Of a stretch of DNA of 42,163 bases, positions 34,592-41,802 are shown piece after piece. Position numbers and translations under genes: made by a program. This DNA is from Candidatus Levyibacteriota bacterium. Its GTDB lineage: Bacteria > Patescibacteriota > Microgenomatia > Levybacterales > UBA12049. Within the stretch, counting starts at the first letter, position 1, and each line of letters opens with the position of its first letter. Location of the stretch: assembly GCA_016192645.1 (NCBI GenBank), contig JACPTT010000018.1:1-42163 (forward strand), written 5' to 3'. The notes beneath the pieces were generated by a model, which had not been told where the DNA came from, ran no database searches, and was given only the letters and a program-made list of their open reading frames with translations.

Positions 34592-36144
34592 ATCTTGGCG
34601 TTTTAGGAATTCTTTTAGTTGCCGCATTTCTTAGGCTATATAAAATCTCAGATTATATGACCTTTTTAGGAGATGAAGGGAGAGATGCCTTGGTGGTATA
34701 CGGTATTCTTCATGGAAAATTTACTCTTTTAGGTCCAACAGCCTCGGTTGGAGGATTTTTCTTAGGTCCTATTTACTACTATTTTATGGCTCCATTTCTA
34801 TGGTTGTTTAACTACGATCCGGCAGGGGCTGCGGTTATGGTTGCTCTTTTTGGGGTTACAACAGTATATCTTGTCTATAAAATTGGCGATGAGTTTTTTA
34901 ATACGACGACAGGGCTGATTGCAGCGTTTCTTTATGCAATTTCCCCTCTTGTTATTGCCTACTCTCGCTCGTCATGGAATCCAAATCTTATGCCGTTTTT
35001 CTCGCTTCTTACTCTTTATGTTCTCTACAAAGCGGTTGTAAAAAAGAGCGCATTTCTTTTTGTCTTGTGTGGATTTTTGCTTGGAATTGCGATGCAGCTT
35101 CATTATCTTACGATTTTTTTGGGAGTAGTGGTCGCTGCTTATGTTCTTTTCGTTCAGACAATGAGAGGCTCCAATCACAACGGAAATGTTTTTAAAGACT
35201 ACATTCTTATTGCTGGAGGTTTTATTTTGGGATGGTCACCGTTTTTCGCCTTTGAAATCCGCCATGGGTTTCCTAATATGCAAAGTATCATAAGGTTTAT
35301 TCTCTCCTCAGGCGATACTGGAACAAATCCTCAGTTTTTAGGGACTCTTCAAAATGTTTTCTTCCGGCTGTTTGGAAGATTAATTACAACCTTTCCGCCG
35401 CCCGAACAGGTAAGCCTGCACGATAAATTAGAGATTGCGCTTTGGTACTGGGGAACTTTAATAATTGCTTATTTAGGACTTCTTATTCTCGTTCTTAAGT
35501 TTTTTAATGCCGTTAAACGCAAGAACGTTTTGGAATTCCAAAAGATGAGTCTTATGCTTCTCTGGATTTCTATCGGAATTTTTTTATTCGGATTTTACAA
35601 AAAGCCAATTTATGACTATTACTTTGGTTTTATGTTCCCTCTCCCATTTATTTTAACAGGGATGACGCTTTCAGATTTCCCAAAAGTCCTTCATAAGTTC
35701 CTTCCTCGAATAGAACCAATGGGCAAGACGCTAGTTATTATTGCCTTATTGATTCTTGTTTGGCTGAATGCTCAAGGTATCCCGTTTCGCTTTTCTCCAA
35801 ACCGACAAAAAGATCAGGTAAAGCAAATTTCTGAATTTGTTCTTTCAAAAACAGAAAACAAACCTTTTAATTTTGCCCTCATTACTCTCGGGAACTCAGA
35901 CCATGGGTATCGATATTTCTTTAAACTTGCAGGGAAAGATCCCGTGATAATTGAGACTTTCAAAAATGATCCGAAGCGCCAGACCGTTGCGGATCAACTG
36001 CTAATTGTCTGCGAAGACCCAGAGTGCAAGCCTTTGGGGCATTCTCTTTGGGAGGTCGCCGGCTTTGGCAGAGCAGAGATTACAGGTGAATGGCAGGTAA
36101 GTGTAGTTAGGGTTTACAAGCTGGTTCACTATCAAGAGAAATGA
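34537..36144 (+). CDS. GT-C fold glycosyltransferase (family 39 / PMT_2 / ArnT-like), polytopic membrane protein
   Basis: 535 aa. The first loop FLGDEGRDALV carries the acidic DE motif. About 11 TM segments and a soluble C-terminal domain. An alternative GTG start at 34588 overlaps the upstream stop (GTGA). Confidence 0.7.
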   Translation: MEKMAHFFPLKTPRIGWVNLGVLGILLVAAFLRLYKISDYMTFLGDEGRDALVVYGILHGKFTLLGPTASVGGFFLGPIYYYFMAPFLWLFNYDPAGAAVMVALFGVTTVYLVYKIGDEFFNTTTGLIAAFLYAISPLVIAYSRSSWNPNLMPFFSLLTLYVLYKAVVKKSAFLFVLCGFLLGIAMQLHYLTIFLGVVVAAYVLFVQTMRGSNHNGNVFKDYILIAGGFILGWSPFFAFEIRHGFPNMQSIIRFILSSGDTGTNPQFLGTLQNVFFRLFGRLITTFPPPEQVSLHDKLEIALWYWGTLIIAYLGLLILVLKFFNAVKRKNVLEFQKMSLMLLWISIGIFLFGFYKKPIYDYYFGFMFPLPFILTGMTLSDFPKVLHKFLPRIEPMGKTLVIIALLILVWLNAQGIPFRFSPNRQKDQVKQISEFVLSKTENKPFNFALITLGNSDHGYRYFFKLAGKDPVIIETFKNDPKRQTVADQLLIVCEDPECKPLGHSLWEVAGFGRAEITGEWQVSVVRVYKLVHYQEK

Positions 36145-36160
36145 ATAAAAAATGAATAAC

Positions 36161-36181
36161 TTGGGAACATCGTTCCTAAGA
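36161..36181 (-). terminator. 9-bp hairpin followed by a T-rich run on the minus strand, candidate terminator of the minus-strand mini-operon
   Basis: The minus strand reads CTTAGGAAC-gat-GTTCCCAAG then TTATTCATTTTTT. Confidence 0.4.
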
Positions 36182-36328
36182 ACGAAAGAATAAACCACTA
36201 TTTCGCAGCAGAGCCATGGAGTATTCCTTCAGACAAACTTACGCAAGTCATTCATCCTCGTAGCAAGCTGCGAGGTATTCTGACCGTAAAATAAAAGCTT
36301 CTTAATTAGTTCCGTTTTTTACTGCTTC

Positions 36329-36494
36329 TTATTTTGCGCAGGATTTACAGTCGTTTTTGTGCGTCCAGGCAAGCCAAACAGCCGAAAGTCCTACTAGTAC
36401 ATATACTAGTTTTTCAAGCGCAGAATCGACACCAAGAAGAGCGCTAACGAGATTAAAATTGAAAAGTCCAGACAACCATGTGGAGTGCTTTCAA
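36329..36494 (-). pseudogene. DUF378-type small membrane protein, apparently truncated and frameshifted in its first TM helix
   Basis: Minus strand: SD AAAGGAGGTGAT, then TTG 36494 gives MKALHMVVWTFQF-stop. The neighbouring frame (open from 36490, TTG at 36475) gives SGLFNFNLVSALLGVDSALEKLVYVLVGLSAVWLAWTHKNDCKSCAK. This matches the second half of DUF378 (compare B. subtilis YuzA ..GFFQFDLVAAIFG..ALSRIIYGLVGISG, recalled from memory). Confidence 0.45.
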
Positions 36495-36528
36495 AAATAT
36501 CACCTCCTTTCATTCCCTATCTACATTC

Positions 36529-36558
36529 AGTGTATGCAGAGTTGAGAACTAATGTCAA
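36529..36558 (-). promoter_or_regulatory. Candidate promoter TTGACA-18 nt-TACACT for the DUF378 remnant
   Basis: The minus strand reads cTTGACAttagttctcaactctgcaTACACT. It lies about 20 nt upstream of the SD. Confidence 0.3.
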
Positions 36559-36593
36559 GCCTCTGAATTGCGAGACAGGGTGATTCAGACACG

Positions 36594-36622
36594 AAAAATC
36601 CCGCCCATCTTGCGGGATTTTT
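36594..36622. terminator. Strong bidirectional-looking rho-independent terminator
   Basis: AAAAATCCCGC-ccatctt-GCGGGATTTTT. On the minus strand it follows the DUF5679 gene. Confidence 0.75.
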
Positions 36623-36673
36623 CCGTTTGCTTCTTGAAGCTGAAGAAATTCTTCAAAAGAATCTTCAAGAAAA

Positions 36674-36814
36674 CTATCCGCCAATTCTGTACATGCCTGT
36701 ACCACAAACTGGACATTTGCCTTTTAAGGCTGGTTTACCATTTTTCATGGTAACTTTTTGAGCATTTGGGTCGTCCCTCTTGCTTCGGCATTTCACGCAG
36801 TACATCGATGCCAT
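36674..36814 (-). CDS. DUF5679-type small zinc-ribbon protein (46 aa, not in the ORF track)
   Basis: Minus-strand hand translation gives MASMYCVKCRSKRDDPNAQKVTMKNGKPALKGKCPVCGTGMYRIGG. Two CxxC pairs. SD AAGGGGGGTGA lies 8 nt upstream. Confidence 0.65.
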   Translation of the reverse strand: MASMYCVKCRSKRDDPNAQKVTMKNGKPALKGKCPVCGTGMYRIGG

Positions 36815-36953
36815 ATTATTTTTCACCCCCCTTCGTCCGCCGAAATTTTAATGAAGGCGGATTTCAAAATGCAAATGATCAATGTTTTTATCAACATAAT
36901 TCCAGACTTCGGAGGGGCAAGCCCCCTTCACCACGTCAAGCGTGGTTTCACTT

Positions 36954-37250
36954 TTAAAAGCTTATCTTTGGCAGTACAAATATCTGGTTTTTTAAAAGGA
37001 CAAAGAGGAAAAATTCTGCTAATACAATAAGACCTGTTAAAAAAACAGTTTTGGAGAGGTCGTTTATAAGATATTGATTTACATCTACAGCAGAGGTATT
37101 TTCTAAGGTAGAATTTTGTTGCCTAACTATTGGTGGCATGATTTTCTTTTCGGGTATGGTTTGCAAAGGAGTAGCTGCATTACTTGCTGTTTGAAGTTTA
37201 CGGCGAAGATCTGCAATTATCTTTTGCTGGCGGGTTTTCCTCTGCTTCAT
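36954..37250 (-). CDS. Hypothetical 98-aa tail-anchored membrane protein
   Basis: Basic N-terminus MKQRKTRQQKIIADLRRK and a single C-terminal TM FLTGLIVLAEFFLFVLL. No family recognised. Confidence 0.45.
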   Translation of the reverse strand: MKQRKTRQQKIIADLRRKLQTASNAATPLQTIPEKKIMPPIVRQQNSTLENTSAVDVNQYLINDLSKTVFLTGLIVLAEFFLFVLLKNQIFVLPKISF

Positions 37251-37274
37251 TTTAGATAGGCAAAGAGTACACTA

Positions 37275-37303
37275 TTGACACGAAGCTGTCAAGAGGCTAA
37301 TAT
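37275..37303 (+). promoter_or_regulatory. Near-consensus sigma70 promoter TTGACA-17 nt-TAATAT, 10 nt upstream of ATG 37314
   Basis: Hexamers at 37275..37280 and 37298..37303. No SD before the ATG, which implies a leaderless or near-leaderless mRNA. Confidence 0.55.
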
Positions 37304-37313
37304 ATGTGCATAT

Positions 37314-37790
37314 ATGTTGTTCAACTTGGAGGTTATAGCTTTAGTTATTCTCTCAACCTGGCTTATTGTTTTAACCTTTTTATTCTGGCAGATCTTGTCC
37401 CACTACAATCGCCTCACTAAAGATGTAAGCAGTAAAACCCTCAAGGCCGTTTTAGAGGATCTTCTAAAAGAAGAAGGGGTTTTGCAAAAAGACATCGATT
37501 TTTTAAAAGTCCGCTGTGATAAAATGGAGAAAGAAAGTCTTTTGCATATACAAAAGATTGGACTTTTGCGTTTTAACCCATTTAAAGATACCGGAGGAAA
37601 CCAAAGTTTTATATTATCTTTAGTTGATGCAAACGACACCGGAGTTGTAGTCTCGGGTCTTTATTCGCGCTCGGGGACTCGCTGGTATGCAAAAAAAGTA
37701 ATCGAAGGTCGGGGAGTTGAACATGAATTGTCGGAAGAAGAAAAAAAAGCATTAAAAGAAGCAAGAAAGGCAGAACCTCCGCATGGATAA
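37314..37790 (+). CDS. DUF4446-family protein (N-terminal TM, coiled coil, conserved C-terminal domain)
   Basis: Track ORF 37275 begins at the TTG of the -35 box. ATG 37314 gives MLFNLEVIALVILSTWLIVL. IGLLRFNPFKDTGGNQSFILSLVDANDTGVVVSGLYSRSGTRWYAK matches DUF4446. Confidence 0.65.
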   Translation: MLFNLEVIALVILSTWLIVLTFLFWQILSHYNRLTKDVSSKTLKAVLEDLLKEEGVLQKDIDFLKVRCDKMEKESLLHIQKIGLLRFNPFKDTGGNQSFILSLVDANDTGVVVSGLYSRSGTRWYAKKVIEGRGVEHELSEEEKKALKEARKAEPPHG

Positions 37791-38979
37791 ACAAAGTTTT
37801 CTTTCAGATAAAAAGAAGATCGTTGTTACCCTTTTAATAATTATTGCTTATGTGATTTCTACCGGTGTTTCCTATGCGCTTTTTTCTAAAAAACAACCTC
37901 CACAAAAGACAAAAGTAGTTTCTCCTGCTGGTGTTCCTTCCGAGATAAAAGATGGCAGGATAGCATTTAATGGGGATTTGCCAAAGACCGAACCGTGTCC
38001 TCTAAATGGAGTTCTATACTCAAAAGAGCAGAGGCAGTGGTGGGAAAAACACCGACCCTTAGGCGTTATGATTGAAAACCATCAAGAGTCAAGGCCCCAG
38101 TCAGGATTTTCCTATGCCGATGTTGTTTATGAAGCAGTTGCCGAGGGAGGAATCACCCGGTTTTTAACGCTGTTTTACTGCCAAGATGCAGGAATAGTCG
38201 GTCCTGTTCGTTCGGCCCGGACCTATTATTTGGATTTTGTTTCAGAGTACGGAGATTACCCGCTCTATGCGCACGTGGGAGGAGCAAATACTCCGGGACC
38301 GGCCGATGCTCTCTCTCAGATTAATAGCTACGGGTGGAGCGCATATAATGATTTAAATCAGTTTTCAATTGGTTTTCCCACATTTTGGCGGGATTATGAC
38401 AGACTTGGACGAACCGTTGCCACCGAGCATACCATGTATTCAACAACAAGTAAGCTTTGGGATTTTTCCAAGTCTCGAGAGTTAACAAATGTGGATAAAG
38501 ACGGTTCGTTATGGGATGAGGGGTTTGTGCCCTACAGTTTTAAAGATGATGTGTCCTTATCGGAAAGGCCAGCCGCTCAAACAGTACATCTTGAGTTTTG
38601 GAAGAGCTATTCCGAATATTTTGTTGACTGGATTTACAATAAGGCAGAAAACAATTATAAAAGAAGCAACGAGAAGGCGATTTATACGGATAAGAATAAC
38701 AACAATGCAATAACGGCAAAAAACGTAGTCGTACTTTTTATGCAGGAGAGCAATGCCTATGATGGATACGAAAACAATGCCCATCTTCTTTATAAGACAA
38801 AAGGAAGCGGAAATGCATTAATATTTATGGATGGAAAAGAAATAAAAGCAACTTGGAGGAAGGATAAAAGAACAGCCCGAACACTCCTTTTTGACAGTAG
38901 CGGTTTGCCAATAAAGTTTAATAGAGGCAATATTTGGTTTGAAATCCTGCCCACAACAGGAGTAGCAGATGCTAAATGA
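37783..38979 (+). CDS. DUF3048 domain-containing secreted or anchored protein
   Basis: N-terminal TM, then PLNGV..RPLGVMIENHQESRPQSGFSYADVVYEAVAEGGITRFLTLF..VGPVRSARTYY, typical of DUF3048. Confidence 0.7.
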   Translation: MDKQSFLSDKKKIVVTLLIIIAYVISTGVSYALFSKKQPPQKTKVVSPAGVPSEIKDGRIAFNGDLPKTEPCPLNGVLYSKEQRQWWEKHRPLGVMIENHQESRPQSGFSYADVVYEAVAEGGITRFLTLFYCQDAGIVGPVRSARTYYLDFVSEYGDYPLYAHVGGANTPGPADALSQINSYGWSAYNDLNQFSIGFPTFWRDYDRLGRTVATEHTMYSTTSKLWDFSKSRELTNVDKDGSLWDEGFVPYSFKDDVSLSERPAAQTVHLEFWKSYSEYFVDWIYNKAENNYKRSNEKAIYTDKNNNNAITAKNVVVLFMQESNAYDGYENNAHLLYKTKGSGNALIFMDGKEIKATWRKDKRTARTLLFDSSGLPIKFNRGNIWFEILPTTGVADAK

Positions 38980-39544
38980 TCTTATAACATCAAAATCGAG
39001 GACAAAACTACTGAGTGTTTTTCTCTCGTTTCCGTCTGAAATGTACCATGTACGAGAGCTAGTCCGAAGGACAAACGATGAGATAAATGCCGTTAGGCGC
39101 GAGCTTGCTTTTTTGGAGAAGAAGGGGATTTTAGCAAAAGAACCCCGTGCCAACAGAGTATATTACTCGCTTTCTAAAAACTATCCCTATTATTTTGCTC
39201 TTTTAGAGCTTGGGGCAAAGACTGCGGGCTTAGGCTTTGAAATTTTAAAAAACAGAGCAAAGCTTGGCAGGATTAAATATGCGATGTTCTCAGGACGTTT
39301 TGTTCGCAAAGTCAAAAAAGAACCAGAAGAAGTAGATCTTTTGGTTGTGGGAACAATTGTTTTGCCAGAACTGGCACTTCTTGTTCGAAATGAAGAGAAA
39401 AGAATAAATCAGGAGATTAATTATACGGCAATGTCTGAAGAAGAGTTTGGTTTTCGCAAGAAAAAGCATGACCCATTTATTAATTCAATTCTTTCAGGCT
39501 CGCGGGTGATGCTCATAGGAGACGAAGAGCAGATGCTTGCTTAA
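38969..39544 (+). CDS. Winged-helix (ArsR-like) putative transcriptional regulator with an extra C-terminal domain
   Basis: SKSRTKLLSVFLSFPSEMYHVRELVRRTNDEINAVRRELAFLEKKGIL..RVYYSL fits a wHTH. The C-terminal VDLLVVG..INYTAMSEEEF part is of unknown type. Confidence 0.45.
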   Translation: MLNDLITSKSRTKLLSVFLSFPSEMYHVRELVRRTNDEINAVRRELAFLEKKGILAKEPRANRVYYSLSKNYPYYFALLELGAKTAGLGFEILKNRAKLGRIKYAMFSGRFVRKVKKEPEEVDLLVVGTIVLPELALLVRNEEKRINQEINYTAMSEEEFGFRKKKHDPFINSILSGSRVMLIGDEEQMLA

Positions 39545-39556
39545 TTTAGATCTTCG

Positions 39557-40831
39557 ATGAAAAATCCAAGGTTTCTTTTTTGGCTTATCGTTGTTTTAAC
39601 GGTTATTGCGGTAGTTATTGATTTGCCGAAAAGTCCGCTCTCTTCCGGCATTTTGTTAGGGCAATTTCGCCTGCAAAAGGATATTTCGTTTAAAAAAGGC
39701 CTTGATTTAGAGGGCGGAGTTAGCATTGCCTATCAAGCGGACATGGGAAAGATTGGGAGCTTGCAAAGAACAAACGCTTTGGAGGCAGCGGCGGCAATTA
39801 TTGAACGGCGGGTAAATCTTTTTGGAGTTTCCGAACCAATTGTACAGACGGCAGCCGTTAATGGAGACTGGAGGATTATCGTCGAGCTGCCAGGAGTTTC
39901 GGATGTAAATCAAGCTGTTCGTTTAATTGGTACAACGGCACAACTTGAGTTTCGCGAGGTTCTTTTGGCTACTCTTTCTGCTATTCCTACTGCTGAAACA
40001 ACACAGTCAACCGGTCTTACGGGAGCTGATTTAACGGCCGCTTCGGTATCGTTTGATTCAAACACCGGTGAGCCGGTTGTTCTTTTTGAGGTTGCAAGTA
40101 GCAGTCAAGAAAAGTTTTTTAAGGCAACGCAAAAACTGGTAGAAAAGCAAATGGCAATATTTCTTGATAACCAGTTTATTTCGGCGCCTACGGTTCGGGA
40201 GGCGATCCGAGACAGTGGCCAGATTAGCGGCGGTTTTACAACAGAACAAGCAAGAGCCTTAAGTATTCAGCTTAATGCCGGTGCATTGCCTGTTCCTCTG
40301 TCAATTCTGGAGCAAAGAACCATTGGCGCCACCTTAGGAGAAATTTCCTTGCAAAAAAGCTTATTTGCTGCTTTATTGGGTTTTTTGGTGATCGTTCTTT
40401 TTATGAGCATTTTATATGGAAGATTAGGTATTTTGGCAAGTTTAGCGCTAATTCTTTATACCTTTTTTGTTTTGGCCTTATTCAAGCTTATTCCGGTAAC
40501 ATTAACCCTTGCCGGCATTGGCGGTTTTGTTCTCTCAATCGGCATGGCAGTTGATGCCAATATCTTGATTTTTGAAAGAATGAGGGAGGAGATTCGCCGA
40601 GGAAGAGCGCGCGATGTTGCTACAGAGCTTGGTTTTTCAAGAGCCTGGAGTTCGATTCGAGACTCAAACGTTTCAAGCCTTATTACGAGCGCAATCCTTT
40701 ATTATTTTGGTACAGGTCCGGTTCGAGGATTTGCCTTAACCTTGGCGATTGGGGTTTTGGTTTCTATGTTTTCAGCAATTGTCGTAACCCGAACATTCTT
40801 GCGATTAGTATATAGAGAGGCTAGGGCCTAG
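39557..40831 (+). CDS. secD: Protein translocase subunit SecD
   Basis: N-terminal TM, periplasmic domain with LGLDLEGG-like KKGLDLEGGVSI and IERRVNLFGVSEP. C-terminal 5 TMs with GIGGFVLSIGMAVDANILIFERMREE. Confidence 0.85.
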   Translation: MKNPRFLFWLIVVLTVIAVVIDLPKSPLSSGILLGQFRLQKDISFKKGLDLEGGVSIAYQADMGKIGSLQRTNALEAAAAIIERRVNLFGVSEPIVQTAAVNGDWRIIVELPGVSDVNQAVRLIGTTAQLEFREVLLATLSAIPTAETTQSTGLTGADLTAASVSFDSNTGEPVVLFEVASSSQEKFFKATQKLVEKQMAIFLDNQFISAPTVREAIRDSGQISGGFTTEQARALSIQLNAGALPVPLSILEQRTIGATLGEISLQKSLFAALLGFLVIVLFMSILYGRLGILASLALILYTFFVLALFKLIPVTLTLAGIGGFVLSIGMAVDANILIFERMREEIRRGRARDVATELGFSRAWSSIRDSNVSSLITSAILYYFGTGPVRGFALTLAIGVLVSMFSAIVVTRTFLRLVYREARA

Positions 40832-40870
40832 TAACTAATCTCTAATCTCTAGCCTCTAGTGACTAGTGAC
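40829..40870 (+). repeat. 7-nt-periodic tract of six TA-initiated heptamers between secD and secF, with stops in all three frames
   Basis: Phased units: tagtaac|taatctc|taatctc|tagcctc|tagtgac|tagtgac, followed by TGGAGGA (the secF SD). Confidence 0.8.
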
Positions 40871-40881
40871 TGGAGGAAATT

Positions 40882-41802
40882 ATGGATATTGTTGGCAAAA
40901 AGTATTTTTATTTTCTAGTTTCGCTTTTGGTTATTATTCCCGGTCTTATCTCGATTGCTCTTTTTGGACTTCGTTTATCCATTGATTTTCAAGGAGGAAG
41001 CAGGGTTGAAATTCAAAATTCAAAATTCAAAATTCAAAATTCGGAGGCAGAAGTAAGGGGTATATTTAGAAATCAAGGTATCGATATAAGCTCACTGCAA
41101 AAGTCAGGAGAGGATGTTTATATCATTAGGGCAAAGCCGATTGATGAGAAGGCATACGAGAAAGTTACAAAAGCACTTCAAGAAAAATTTAAAGGCGTAA
41201 AAGTATTGAGTTTTCAGACGATTGGGCCGACAATAAGTAGAGAGCTCACTTTAAATGCCTTCAAAGCCCTTGTTCTTGCTTCGGTTTTGATTGTTCTTTA
41301 TATTGCCTGGTCGTTTCGCAAGGTTCCAAAGCCGGTGAGCAGCTGGCGGTTTGGGGTTTGTGCCATCATCGCTCTTTTGCATGATGTTTTGATTGTGGTT
41401 GGGGTATTTTCGATTTTAGGAAAACTATTTTCGGTTGAAGTTGACAGCCTGTTTGTTACAGCTCTTCTTACTGTTATAGGGTTTTCGGTGCATGATACCA
41501 TTGTTGTTTTCGATAGAATACGGGAGAATCTAAGACGTATGCCGGAAGTTGCCTTTTCCCAAGTTGTGAATGCTTCGATTCTTCAGACGTTTACCCGCTC
41601 GCTTAATACATCATTAACCACCATGCTGGTTCTTTTTACCCTTCTTTTGTTTGGAGGAGAAACTCTTCGCTGGTTTATTGTTGCGCTTTTGATTGGTATC
41701 GCAAGCGGCACTTATTCCTCAATCTTCAACGCCGCCCCTCTTTTGGTAGTGTGGGAGGAGTGGAGTCAGAAGAGAAAATCTAACTCGAAAGTAATTCTTT
41801 AA
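40882..41802 (+). CDS. secF: Protein translocase subunit SecF
   Basis: LSIDFQGGSRVE, and C-terminal TMs with GFSVHDTIVVFDRIREN. SD GGAGGA lies 5 nt upstream. Confidence 0.85.
   Translation: MDIVGKKYFYFLVSLLVIIPGLISIALFGLRLSIDFQGGSRVEIQNSKFKIQNSEAEVRGIFRNQGIDISSLQKSGEDVYIIRAKPIDEKAYEKVTKALQEKFKGVKVLSFQTIGPTISRELTLNAFKALVLASVLIVLYIAWSFRKVPKPVSSWRFGVCAIIALLHDVLIVVGVFSILGKLFSVEVDSLFVTALLTVIGFSVHDTIVVFDRIRENLRRMPEVAFSQVVNASILQTFTRSLNTSLTTMLVLFTLLLFGGETLRWFIVALLIGIASGTYSSIFNAAPLLVVWEEWSQKRKSNSKVIL
41019..41053 (+). repeat. Heptanucleotide tandem array (AAATTCA)x4 + AAATTCG inside secF
   Basis: Direct reading of gttgaaattcaaaattcaaaattcaaaattcaaaattcggagg. It encodes EIQNSKFKIQNSE. Confidence 0.95.

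Noticed and set aside
36385-36400. GAAAGTCC string resembling the RNase P RNA P4 core
   Set aside because: It is an isolated 8-mer inside the DUF378-like reading frame. The partner P4 strand and the other conserved RNase P regions are not present nearby.
36357-37030. Plus-strand track ORFs 36357..36545, 36568..36753, 36758..37030 and 36766..36957
   Set aside because: They have no motifs or SDs. The opposite strand gives a recognisable DUF5679 zinc ribbon, a DUF378 remnant, matching SDs and a terminator.
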